Shown: in pieces, positions 1 to 9,523 of the stretch | Layout of the letters: each line of letters begins with the position of its first letter | How positions within the stretch are numbered: position 1 is the stretch's first letter | Source: Candidatus Omnitrophota bacterium | GTDB taxonomy: Bacteria; Omnitrophota; Gorgyraeia; Zapsychrales; Fredricksoniimonadaceae | Assembly (NCBI GenBank): GCA_963828495.1 | Contig: CAWHFJ010000013.1 | Location: 135,952 to 199,951, forward strand | DNA: 64,000 nucleotides | Direction: 5' to 3' | Notes under the pieces: generated by a model | The model's database searches: none | The model's input: only the letters and a program-made list of their open reading frames with translations | What the model was told of the DNA's origin: nothing | Position numbers and translations under genes: made by a program

Positions 1-1263
1 CAATCCTAATGTCCACCCGGAATATGTTTTCCCCTGATATAATTCATATACGGCTTCAATACCCATCACGGCCAACGGCATCATCAGGTAAGGAAGCATG
101 GCATGACAAGCAAAATAATAAGAACGAGGGATAGTCTTTAAGGGATTTGTCAACGCATTGATCCAGTGAGCTATAAGACCGATGTTGAGCCCTTCACGCG
201 GGAAGCTTAAGAGCCATAAAAAAAACACGCCTAATGCAAAAAAATACTTTAATCTATTCCGGCTTAACATAAGGCCTGCCAACGCCAAAAAAAGCAAGGA
301 TAGACCCAGATAAAAATCATCCAGCGACTGTATATTTAAAAGCGAGCTAAAGAAAGAACTTGGATTGCCCAGGTCTAACTCCGGATTATGAAAATACCAT
401 CGGGGGCTAAACGGGTGGGTGATCCGGCTATGGTCCTGACCAAAAGCAAGGTCAGAAAATCCAACTTTAGCAATATATACATACGGCGCCATAATAAGGA
501 CCGCCACCAGGATAACCCCTGCCATCTTCTGCCATTGAAAAGTTTTTCTAAGATGTCCATCAAACGGTTGGGAGGAAGAATTGAAAAAAATCCTCCATAA
601 AATCCCCGCTATGATAAAAAAGTGCATCGGCAGGTACATATACCCGCCATAATGCATCCCACTGCCTAAGCTTATGATAAAAAATAAAAACGTGGCGGCT
701 AAATAACGCCATTGCATCTGTTGGAAAAAACGCACGATAAAATACATCCCTAAGGGGAAGTAACTCATGTAAAATCCCCCCTTCAAAAAAGCCCATTGAC
801 TGAAAAATACAGCAAAAACAACTGCTCCCATGGACAAAATAATACGGTTTTTCGTCACGGTTTTTAATAATAGAAAAATCCCGGCGATCCTGATCAATAA
901 AAGCGTCATCAAATTGACCCAAGCAAAAACATGGAAAAAAAGACGGCTGGAATCGTCTGCAAACGGGGCTAATACATGATACGCTATCGCTGTTACCACA
1001 TTAGGAAATTTAAATAATCCAAATACCGCGTACGTATGAAAAAACGGCATCTGTCCGAAAAAATCCCATAATTGAAGTCCCCCCTGATAAAAGAAATTGG
1101 TCAAAATAAAAGTCAACGGATACTCGATAAGATAATCGCTCCACAGCACAAAACTTATTTTAAAGGTGATAAATATCTCGGGGTAGACGGCCACGCTAAT
1201 CAACACCGCAGCCACAAACAACACAAGCACGGTGACAAAATTGGATTGGAAGAATTTTTTCAT
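1..1263 (-). CDS. YfhO-like polytopic membrane protein (candidate GT-C glycosyltransferase); 5' part only, C-terminus lies beyond the left edge
   Basis: Absent from the ORF track because it has no stop in the window. I checked every plus-strand triplet in the frame starting at position 1 and none is tta/cta/tca, so the minus frame is open from ATG 1263-1261 to position 1 (421 codons). It starts MKKFFQSNFVTVLVLFVAAVL and is very hydrophobic. FFYQGGLQLWDFFGQMPFFHTY parallels FNNILNGTLPLWEPFVSLGRPFYAI of the 13832-15895 protein. The ATG lies 1 nt after the upstream stop. Confidence 0.7.
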   Translation of the reverse strand, partial: MKKFFQSNFVTVLVLFVAAVLISVAVYPEIFITFKISFVLWSDYLIEYPLTFILTNFFYQGGLQLWDFFGQMPFFHTYAVFGLFKFPNVVTAIAYHVLAPFADDSSRLFFHVFAWVNLMTLLLIRIAGIFLLLKTVTKNRIILSMGAVVFAVFFSQWAFLKGGFYMSYFPLGMYFIVRFFQQMQWRYLAATFLFFIISLGSGMHYGGYMYLPMHFFIIAGILWRIFFNSSSQPFDGHLRKTFQWQKMAGVILVAVLIMAPYVYIAKVGFSDLAFGQDHSRITHPFSPRWYFHNPELDLGNPSSFFSSLLNIQSLDDFYLGLSLLFLALAGLMLSRNRLKYFFALGVFFLWLLSFPREGLNIGLIAHWINALTNPLKTIPRSYYFACHAMLPYLMMPLAVMGIEAVYELYQGKTYSGWTLGL

Positions 1264-1264
1264 C

Positions 1265-1822
1265 TTACTCGCGTACACCTATTTTCCTGGCAGGAACACC
1301 CGCCACAATCGTAAAGGGCTCAACATTTTTTGTCACCACGGCACCGGCCCCTATCACGCTTCCTTTGCCGATGGTCACGTTGCACTTGATGACCACATTG
1401 GCACCGATCCACACGTCATCCTCAATAATGATCGGCCCATATTTGACCGGCTGCTGATGGATCGGGACGCTTCTATTATCAAAGGTATGCTCACAGCTCG
1501 CTATCACGCAATTAGGCCCGATCAAAACACCATCGCCGATCGTTATGCCTCCCCGACCGTCCACATACGTATCCACATTGATCGCCACACGTTGGCCAAC
1601 CGAGATGCGATGAGAAAAAATAATATACACCGAAGGGTAAATGATAAGACCGCCCTTCGAAGACTTAAAAATTAACTTATAGAACAGTGCCCTTAAAAAA
1701 AGGCCCTCAACGCCAGGCAATGCCCTTAAAATGGCACCGATATAGACTTCCGCCATATGAATACAAACAGCTTTCATGCCGTTGCGCCTGATAAAGTCAG
1801 TCAGCTCACGCCATAATCTCAT
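1265..1822 (-). CDS. hexapeptide-repeat (left-handed beta-helix) sugar O-acetyltransferase
   Basis: C-terminal half carries hexapeptide repeats: IGPNCVIAS...VWIGANVVIKCNVTIGKGSVIGAGAVVTKNVEPFTIVAGVPARKIG. The start overlaps the epimerase stop by 4 nt. Confidence 0.8.
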   Translation of the reverse strand: MRLWRELTDFIRRNGMKAVCIHMAEVYIGAILRALPGVEGLFLRALFYKLIFKSSKGGLIIYPSVYIIFSHRISVGQRVAINVDTYVDGRGGITIGDGVLIGPNCVIASCEHTFDNRSVPIHQQPVKYGPIIIEDDVWIGANVVIKCNVTIGKGSVIGAGAVVTKNVEPFTIVAGVPARKIGVRE

Positions 1823-2844
1823 AGCACCCTCCCCTTGCGCGCGTTGGACTCAATGTACTCCCTGAATTTCACCGGACACTGCCCCCTTAACACGGCGAGC
1901 GTTTTTTGAGGCTCATTCCAATATTCATTATTAACCAAAACTGAAGCCTGCCAAACACGGTTATACACCCCGTGAGGTAACATGCGTTCCCAAGAATTTT
2001 TATGGCGTGCCACAAACCTTCCCCATCCCCATAACCAACCGGGAAGCTTGAGGGGACGGTAGGACTTGGCATACGCCTCGCAAATAATTTTACACATCTC
2101 GGACAAACTCAATGATTCAGTCGACGGAATATATAATTCCATTTGGGCCTCAGCGCTCTTGCGCCCGGAGACTTCGACAAGAAACATGGCCACATCTTTC
2201 ACATAGGCTATGGCAATCTTCCCCGGCCAATCAAGCCGGGACAATAATGAATTTGTTAACGTCAGCCTAATCGCGCTCTCAAAGAGACCTCCCCTGCGGG
2301 TGCCATCCCCATAGACCCCGCAAACCCTCACGACGGACAAAGAAAAACCCTCCTTTTTGGCCTCTGATTGCAATATCTGTTCCGCCAAAAATTTCTTGCG
2401 CCCGTATTCATGGCACGGGCGAACGGGAGACGGCGTTTGTTCATCAATAGGGCAATCATAATTCCCCCTGTTGTCATTAACAGCGATAGAACTCGTAAAA
2501 ATAAAATGCGTCCTGTGGTCCAAAGGCCCAATCGCTTTTAATAAATTCTGGGTCCCGACAACATTAATACTATGGTCCGGCTGGGCAGTGTCCGTACACG
2601 AGGCCAAATGAAAAACGCTCTCCCACACATGCCCCTTCAAAATATCCAGCCCCTCGCCGGTCATCAATTCCGCCTCGGCTGTCCTTACCCCCAGTTCTTT
2701 TAAAACGGCTCTTCCTGTTGTCTCCACATCAGAACAAGACCCTTGATGGGTCAAACACATGATTTTTTCAGGACCGTCCCTTAAAACCAAAAGCCGTACA
2801 AGTTCACGTCCGATAAACCCTGTCCCACCGGTGACGAGGATCAT
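1819..2844 (-). CDS. NAD-dependent epimerase/dehydratase (extended SDR)
   Basis: MILVTGGTGFIGRELV Rossmann GxxGxxG motif and YGRKK (YxxxK) catalytic motif. SD-like caaggaggagaa lies just upstream of the ATG. Confidence 0.85.
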   Translation of the reverse strand: MILVTGGTGFIGRELVRLLVLRDGPEKIMCLTHQGSCSDVETTGRAVLKELGVRTAEAELMTGEGLDILKGHVWESVFHLASCTDTAQPDHSINVVGTQNLLKAIGPLDHRTHFIFTSSIAVNDNRGNYDCPIDEQTPSPVRPCHEYGRKKFLAEQILQSEAKKEGFSLSVVRVCGVYGDGTRRGGLFESAIRLTLTNSLLSRLDWPGKIAIAYVKDVAMFLVEVSGRKSAEAQMELYIPSTESLSLSEMCKIICEAYAKSYRPLKLPGWLWGWGRFVARHKNSWERMLPHGVYNRVWQASVLVNNEYWNEPQKTLAVLRGQCPVKFREYIESNARKGRVL

Positions 2845-2929
2845 TTCTCCTCCTTGTCATGTCCCATGACCCCCAGATTATAGGTACCATCCATGCTGTG
2901 GTCAAGTCTAGGCATACAGTATATTCTTT

Positions 2930-5173
2930 TCATATACGTTTTAGCGCCATCAGAAAATGCCCTTCACGAAAATTTTTATAATGCGCGTGAATATAGCTCA
3001 TCAGGGATAAAAAGGCCGACCCGTCCTGATAACTGACCAGGCCCATGTTCTCTTGGCGGAAAATCCTCTCGATAAAAATATATTCCGGCTTCTGAGTCTC
3101 AAGTTGGGATATGGTCCTTTGCCAATGACCTTGAGTATATAAAGTGACCACTACCATGGTACGCATGTGCATCGGCCTGGAAATAACAAACGGCACATAA
3201 TAAAAAAACGGCGGGCGGTGGGCATCCATCAAAATTTTGGTCTCAAAACTGCTCACTAAAGCGACCTTGCCGTGCGGCGGCACCAGGTCATCAATAAGAC
3301 GCGCATCCTGGCTGAAATCAAATTCCCGAGTATAATATTTTCTTAAATCTTCATCCCCGGCAAAATCTTTCTCGCTGCGCAATTTTTCATCTGTTTCTCC
3401 TAAGGAATTAACAGGCAGACGGGTATCTACAGGCAATTGACTGAACAAATGGTTGAAATACGATCTGCCGTCGGGCAAAGGATTGACCACCCAAGGGTCC
3501 ACCAAAGGGTTGCGGGAAAGATTAACGATGTTCGGGTAACTGACATAATTATGGTTGGTCACCAAACCATACGCGGCCAAAGCTATGCAGGCCGCAATAA
3601 TATTGCGGCGCTTGGATGCGGCTATGGATTGCGTAGCTTGTTTTAACCAAAACGCTAAAAGAAACACATAGGGCAAATCAATACCGTAAGCACTGGTGGC
3701 CGTGGAGCGGGCCACAAAATAATGATACAGAGCCAAACCGTAAACAGCTATAAAGGCAGCCAATAAATTCTCCGTCGGGCACTTCCGGTAAAAATAAAGA
3801 CCGACTATCACTAAAAATGTGCTCATATAAACCAACGGAATCAGCATGCCCATCAATAAAGGCAGATAATTATGGTCGGCAATATTCTGCTGTAGAGGGA
3901 CATCGCCAAAACCACTCAAAAAATAGTTGTTAAACTCCTGCATGTTATACCAAAATTCCCTGGTAAACACATGCTGCCCTCCGGCGAGCCAAAAACAACC
4001 CAAAGCCGCTATAAAAATAATGCCCAGGCAAGCCGGCAGAGCCCACCAGGCTTTGCCATTGTTGAGGGCTCTGGCGCGCAAATCAGGAAAAACGCATAAG
4101 CTCGCCAGATACGCCAGCCAGGTTAAGGTCATGGATATCCCGGTGGTCGTCATATAAAATACAGCGACTCCGCATACCGCAGAAGCGGCCCAAAGATACC
4201 CCCATCTGGCACTTTTTAAATGTCCCAGCATCAGGGCAAAAAATATCACATCCAAAGCATAGCGAAAAATGGTGTCGCTGGGATAGGTAAAAACAAACGG
4301 ATACGTCCCAGCATGGAACATCTGTATTTTGATCGCAAACAGGATCGCGGCTGCAGCAATAAAAGGACTTTTAAGCCAATAACGCAAAAGGCAATACCAC
4401 CCCAAGTAATAAAAAATAACCCCCCAGAGCAGGACTTGAAAAACATGCTCGTAAGTAAACCCTCCGAAAAATCTTGTCAAATGAGCAACAAAAATCGGCA
4501 AACCTAAACCGTATTGGGAAATAACGTCCACATTCAAAACGCAGCCGCTCACATAAGCCCACCCTGGGGCCATCACAGCGCTATCCAAATGATGGAATTG
4601 TTCCCCTAAAAAATCACGGGCCATCACTCCCTTGGCATCAGGGACATAAAGTATCAAAACGACAAGAACAGGAAAGATGATTTCAGCCAGACGCCTCAGG
4701 GAAGACGATGAAGAATGCCCATAGCGGTAAGCCCGTTGGGTAAAATCACTCCAGGGTTTAAAAAAAATCTTACTGGCTACACTTAACCCGGCGATGGTCC
4801 AAAAAAGAAAAGTCGCTAATTGAGGCTGTTTGGCATACACAATGGTTTTAAAAGCCGCGCTTAAAAGCAGCAATGTCCAAATCATTTCCAGCGCTAAAAA
4901 CACACGGGCCTTGTGCATGAAGAGCCCATCGGCCAATTTACAGCGCAGCCGCCACACAATCACAGCGGTCAATCCCAAGGCCACAAAAACAAAAATATGA
5001 AAATGCCAAGCATCGCGTTCGGGTTTGACAAAATACCACCACTCCGGGAAAACGCTCTGGGTGAGCACATTCGTGGGCGGAAAATTTTGCAAGGCAAATA
5101 TAGATATCAACCAAACCTGTATACTCAGGGCAAATGCCGTGAAGGTCAGCGTCAAAATATTCTTGGTTTCCAT
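2930..5173 (-). CDS. large polytopic membrane protein, tandem paralog 1 of 4 (GT-C-like glycosyltransferase candidate) with C-terminal soluble domain
   Basis: 747-aa intact ORF with many hydrophobic helices. Blocks shared with the next three genes: PEWWYFVKPERDA, FLGEQFHHLDSAVMAPGWAYVSGCVLNVDVISQYGLGLP, NVSRNPLVDPWVVNPLPDGRSYFN, LPVNSLGETDE, PPFFYYVPF, and the ending HFLMALKRI. Confidence 0.75.
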   Translation of the reverse strand: METKNILTLTFTAFALSIQVWLISIFALQNFPPTNVLTQSVFPEWWYFVKPERDAWHFHIFVFVALGLTAVIVWRLRCKLADGLFMHKARVFLALEMIWTLLLLSAAFKTIVYAKQPQLATFLFWTIAGLSVASKIFFKPWSDFTQRAYRYGHSSSSSLRRLAEIIFPVLVVLILYVPDAKGVMARDFLGEQFHHLDSAVMAPGWAYVSGCVLNVDVISQYGLGLPIFVAHLTRFFGGFTYEHVFQVLLWGVIFYYLGWYCLLRYWLKSPFIAAAAILFAIKIQMFHAGTYPFVFTYPSDTIFRYALDVIFFALMLGHLKSARWGYLWAASAVCGVAVFYMTTTGISMTLTWLAYLASLCVFPDLRARALNNGKAWWALPACLGIIFIAALGCFWLAGGQHVFTREFWYNMQEFNNYFLSGFGDVPLQQNIADHNYLPLLMGMLIPLVYMSTFLVIVGLYFYRKCPTENLLAAFIAVYGLALYHYFVARSTATSAYGIDLPYVFLLAFWLKQATQSIAASKRRNIIAACIALAAYGLVTNHNYVSYPNIVNLSRNPLVDPWVVNPLPDGRSYFNHLFSQLPVDTRLPVNSLGETDEKLRSEKDFAGDEDLRKYYTREFDFSQDARLIDDLVPPHGKVALVSSFETKILMDAHRPPFFYYVPFVISRPMHMRTMVVVTLYTQGHWQRTISQLETQKPEYIFIERIFRQENMGLVSYQDGSAFLSLMSYIHAHYKNFREGHFLMALKRI

Positions 5174-5184
5174 AAAATAACTAC

Positions 5185-7410
5185 CTATCCCTTACGTTTC
5201 ATCGCTATCAAATATTGGCCCTGCCTATCGGGCGTGTAATTCATGAAAATATAGTTAAGCACCGCTGCCAAAGACTCATCCTTAAAATTTTTAGTGCCGG
5301 GCGCCTGGAGAAAAATTTTCTCCATAAATATATACTCCGGTTGGGCCTCCTGTAGTTGGCGCAACGTCCTTTGCGCGTGGATCAGGCTGTACATCGTGCT
5401 GTTGGGAAAAGTACGCATGCGCATGGGCCGGGCCAGTAAAATCGGCGAATAATAAAAAAACGGCTTGCGGTCAGCCTGCATAAGCATTGTTATTTCAAAA
5501 CCGCTCAATAAAGCTACCGCCTCTGAAGGTCGCGTCAGTGCCGCAATCAACGCAGCGTCCTTGCTAAAATCAGATTCCTGAGCGTAATATTTTTTAAGCT
5601 CGGCATCCGTTTTAAAATCTTTTTCGTATTTTAGCCCTTCATCCTTCTGGCCTAATGAATTTTCCGGCAGCTTCGTCTCTTCGGCCACTTGGCTGACCGC
5701 CGCATTAAAGTAAGAACGTCCGTCAGGCAAAGGCTGGACCAATAAAGGATCAACGATCGGATTGCGCGAAACGTTTAAAAAATTGGGATATGCCAGATAC
5801 AGGTGATCGGTCATCAGGGCATAAACGACGAGGGCACCCGCAGATAAAAGCACAAGGTGCCGTGTATCTTTTTTAAAAACGGAAAGCCATCGCTGGGCCC
5901 AAAAGCATAAAATAAACACATAGGGAATACAAACCACATAATAACTCGTCGGTGCGGAGCGGCCAAGATAATAGTGGTACATGACCATGCCGTACAATGA
6001 AAGGACAAGCGCCAGCAAATCATCCCGCCGGGATTTTGCATAATACAACAGGCCCGCCGTCACCAAGAAGGTTGCCATATAAACTACCGGAATAAAAAAT
6101 CCCATCAATCCGGCCAGGGTTTCTTTATGCTGGAGGGTCTCATACATGGGCATCAAACCGAAACCGGATAAAAAATAGTTGTTAAATTCCTGCATGTTAT
6201 GCCAAAACTCCCCTGTCCATAAATGAGCGCCCTGGGTCAGTCCCAACAGAACCCCTGTACTCAAGGGCACGAGCACAACGCAACTGGCCAACCCCATCAC
6301 ATCCCCAACGTTCTTACATACCAAAGACCTGAAATGCCCCAGGACCATAAAAGCCGTCACATACGCCACCAAAGCTATCGTCAGGCAATACCCGCAGGTC
6401 GTCATACAAAAAATCTGCACCCCACAGCAGATGGCTGCTGCGACTAAATAACGCTTACGCAAAGTGCGCAGGTGTCCTAATAAGAATAAAAAGAAAATAA
6501 TGTCCCAAAAATACCGCATCACGGTGGCGCTGGGAAAGGTAAAAATAAACGGGAAGGTCCCGGAATGAAACATTTGAAATTTAATGGCCAGTAAAGTCGC
6601 CAATAGGCCCAGCGCCCAAGATCCCAGCCAGCGGTGTAAGAATATAAAACACAACATAAAATATAGGATCGTCCCTCCCATCCAAAACCATAATATATGC
6701 GTATAGCTAAAACCACCCATAAGCTTGGCAAACCAAGCCATGACGATGGGAGTGCCCACCCCATACTCGGTCATAATATCCACATTTAATACCGCGCCTT
6801 TGGTATAGGCCCAGGCGGGTGCCATAAAACTGTCGAAATGATGCCATTGATCGCCGAAAAACATCCGGGCTAAAACCGCTTGGGGGTCGGGAATAAACAA
6901 CAGTGCTATTAAGCCTGCACAGGCCAAGACCTCGGCTTTAAAACCAAACTGCACAGACAGCATCTTCTGATAAAAACGATAACCCCATTCTTTAAGCTCC
7001 GGCCAAAATACTTTGCTGGCCAAAGCCCCCACGGATAAAAAAATTAAAGCATGTTGCGCCAGCCCCTGGCTGTCATGATAGACGATGATTTTAAAACCGG
7101 CATTTGCCATCATGGCCGTCCATGCCAACTCTACTACTAAAAAAGGCAGGACTGCCTTAACAAAGGATGGCTGGTTTAATTTATGCCGCACCGTCCAAAT
7201 GCCGACGGCCTGGGCCGAGAGCGCCAGGCCCACAAAACAGTGGTATAACAAGGCGTCCCTCTCGGGGCGCACAAAATATTGCCACTCAGGCCAAACCACC
7301 GCGGTTAAAGTATTGGCCTGCGGTATGACGCCCGACCAGGCAATCAACACCAGCCATACTTGCACCGTGACACAAAAAATAATTAAGGAAAAAATGAGGA
7401 CAGGGTTCAT
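5185..7410 (-). CDS. large polytopic membrane protein, tandem paralog 2 of 4
   Basis: 741 aa and colinear with paralog 1. Shared blocks: PEWQYFVRPERDA, FFGDQWHHFDSFMAPAWAYTKGAVLNVDIMTEYGVGTP, NVSRNPIVDPLLVQPLPDGRSYFN, LPENSLGQKDE, and the ending QYLIAMKRKG. Confidence 0.75.
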   Translation of the reverse strand: MNPVLIFSLIIFCVTVQVWLVLIAWSGVIPQANTLTAVVWPEWQYFVRPERDALLYHCFVGLALSAQAVGIWTVRHKLNQPSFVKAVLPFLVVELAWTAMMANAGFKIIVYHDSQGLAQHALIFLSVGALASKVFWPELKEWGYRFYQKMLSVQFGFKAEVLACAGLIALLFIPDPQAVLARMFFGDQWHHFDSFMAPAWAYTKGAVLNVDIMTEYGVGTPIVMAWFAKLMGGFSYTHILWFWMGGTILYFMLCFIFLHRWLGSWALGLLATLLAIKFQMFHSGTFPFIFTFPSATVMRYFWDIIFFLFLLGHLRTLRKRYLVAAAICCGVQIFCMTTCGYCLTIALVAYVTAFMVLGHFRSLVCKNVGDVMGLASCVVLVPLSTGVLLGLTQGAHLWTGEFWHNMQEFNNYFLSGFGLMPMYETLQHKETLAGLMGFFIPVVYMATFLVTAGLLYYAKSRRDDLLALVLSLYGMVMYHYYLGRSAPTSYYVVCIPYVFILCFWAQRWLSVFKKDTRHLVLLSAGALVVYALMTDHLYLAYPNFLNVSRNPIVDPLLVQPLPDGRSYFNAAVSQVAEETKLPENSLGQKDEGLKYEKDFKTDAELKKYYAQESDFSKDAALIAALTRPSEAVALLSGFEITMLMQADRKPFFYYSPILLARPMRMRTFPNSTMYSLIHAQRTLRQLQEAQPEYIFMEKIFLQAPGTKNFKDESLAAVLNYIFMNYTPDRQGQYLIAMKRKG

Positions 7411-7413
7411 GGA

Positions 7414-9522
7414 TTATTTACGTTTTAATGCCATCAGATATTGGCCCTGATCAAAAGGCTCATACCTCGCGGCCAAATACCGGATTAAAATCGTCAATGT
7501 CTGAAAATGCTGATAATAGGCTGCGGGCAATTGCCCCAAGAACAATTTTTTCTCTATAAACACATACGCGGGTTTTTGATCGTCTAACTGCCTCAATGTC
7601 CTTTGCATGCGGTCAATAGTAAACAGGGTCGTGTCCAGAAAATCCAAACCCTCCATCGGCCTGGAATCAATCAAGTTAAAATAATAAAAAAACGGTTTAC
7701 GCTGAGCCTCCATCAGTATTTTGACCTCAAAGCTGCTAATCAAGGCGACCGGCTCATCCGAGAGCGTCAAACGGTCAATCAAGGCCGCGTCCGGTTTAAA
7801 GGTGAATTCTTTTTGATAGTAAGCGGCTTCCGGCCCCAGATCAAGGCCTGCCAGATTAAGCACATTAGGATACACCGTAAATAAATATCCGGTCACCAAT
7901 GCCCCGAAGGTCAAAACCACCAATACGGATAAGATGATCCGCTGCCATTGTTGGGCCACCAATTTTAAAATCTGCTGGAGCCAAAAACATAACACAAAAA
8001 TAAACGGGATACAGACCACGTAATAACTGGTCACCGCCGAGCGATAAACAAAATAATGATATGTCCCCAGCCCATAGACACAGACATAGATGATGAACAT
8101 TTGGGGCACATCCATTTGGCGCAAGTACAAAAAGGCCCCGACAATCATGATAGTCAATACATAAACAGCGGGGATGATAAATGCCATACAAAAAGCAAAA
8201 AACTGTTTATCGCCCAGCCCATCCCCATACGGCAATGAGCTGAACCCCTTCAGAAAGAGTCGCGCGAATTCGGTGAAATTACTCCAAAATCCTCCTGTCC
8301 ATACCCCAGAGCCTTCGACCATCCCCAGCAAGACAAAACCGGCTATAAACGGCAGGATGCCCCAAGCGATGATTTTGCGGATATCACGGGGATAATGAAA
8401 AAATTTAAACCTGGTCGATGGTAAGGTCAAAAGCATAAAGACATAGGCATAAAAAGCTAACGTCAGATAAATCCCTACTTCAAATATATAGGCCATCATC
8501 AAACCGCTGACAGCGGCAGCCAGCCACAAATATTTCTCACGGCCGCCGGTGGCATGTTTGTAAATGAAAAAAACAGGTACTAAATCAAAAAGGTATCGTA
8601 CCGGGGTCGCGCTGGGGTAACGCCAAAGGACCGGTAAAATACCCCAGTGGAACATTTGAAGTTTTACCGCCAGCAAAAATCCAAACGCCGCCAGCAAGCT
8701 GCTCTTGAGCCAACAACGTAAAAAAGCCCAAACCGCCACATAATACGCCAATGTGCCGATAACAATCCAACGTATGGCATTCTCATAACTAAAACCTCCG
8801 CCATATTTAACTACCGTGCTTAAAAACGCCGGCATCACCACACTGTAGTTGCTGGTAATGTCACGATCCAGGGCCAATCCGTGCAGCCAAGCCCAGCCAG
8901 GGGCCATGAGGAATCCGTCTAAATTATGAAAATAATCCCAGGCAAACACATGCGCTACCAATTTAGTCATGTCCGCCGGCCACAGCAAAATAACTATCAA
9001 AACCGGCAGCAGTATGTCCAGCCAACGGCCGGCTAAGGCGGCGTTGAGAGGCTGGGAAAGCCAATGATAAAAACGCACCGACCAGCTCTTCACCTCGGGC
9101 CAAAAAATGGTATTCAAGGCCCAGGCCACTAAAGATAAATATAAAAACCCCTTGGCCCACTGCGGAGAGCCGAAAACAAAAATCTTGAAGGCCGCGGTTG
9201 TTTCTATGAGGACCCACACCCATTGCATAATGACAAACGCTCCTAACGCCTTGGCAAATTCCTTGTCCTGCAACTGTTTCTTTAAAAAAATCATTCCCCA
9301 GGCCTGGGCCACAATCCCAAAAAGAATGAATACAGCGTAAAACTGGATCTGGCGATGCGGGCGGACCTGGTCCCAATACAAAGGCAAAAGTGTCTGGACA
9401 AAACTATTCAGTTTGATCGGAATAAAACTGAAAATAACGGCAAGGATGATCACGACCTGCACCGACAAAGCCAACACCAGCGCTGAGTAGGCCACAATAT
9501 TTTTTGTTTTGACGTCCGTCAC
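7414..9522 (-). CDS. large polytopic membrane protein, tandem paralog 3 of 4 (most divergent)
   Basis: 702 aa. Same order of blocks in degenerate form: VFAWDYFHNLDGFLMAPGWAWLHGLALDRD, KPFFYYFNLIDSRP, and the ending QYLMALKRK. It lacks the NVSRNP...LPDGRSYFN block. Confidence 0.7.
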   Translation of the reverse strand: MTDVKTKNIVAYSALVLALSVQVVIILAVIFSFIPIKLNSFVQTLLPLYWDQVRPHRQIQFYAVFILFGIVAQAWGMIFLKKQLQDKEFAKALGAFVIMQWVWVLIETTAAFKIFVFGSPQWAKGFLYLSLVAWALNTIFWPEVKSWSVRFYHWLSQPLNAALAGRWLDILLPVLIVILLWPADMTKLVAHVFAWDYFHNLDGFLMAPGWAWLHGLALDRDITSNYSVVMPAFLSTVVKYGGGFSYENAIRWIVIGTLAYYVAVWAFLRCWLKSSLLAAFGFLLAVKLQMFHWGILPVLWRYPSATPVRYLFDLVPVFFIYKHATGGREKYLWLAAAVSGLMMAYIFEVGIYLTLAFYAYVFMLLTLPSTRFKFFHYPRDIRKIIAWGILPFIAGFVLLGMVEGSGVWTGGFWSNFTEFARLFLKGFSSLPYGDGLGDKQFFAFCMAFIIPAVYVLTIMIVGAFLYLRQMDVPQMFIIYVCVYGLGTYHYFVYRSAVTSYYVVCIPFIFVLCFWLQQILKLVAQQWQRIILSVLVVLTFGALVTGYLFTVYPNVLNLAGLDLGPEAAYYQKEFTFKPDAALIDRLTLSDEPVALISSFEVKILMEAQRKPFFYYFNLIDSRPMEGLDFLDTTLFTIDRMQRTLRQLDDQKPAYVFIEKKLFLGQLPAAYYQHFQTLTILIRYLAARYEPFDQGQYLMALKRK

Positions 9523-9523
9523 T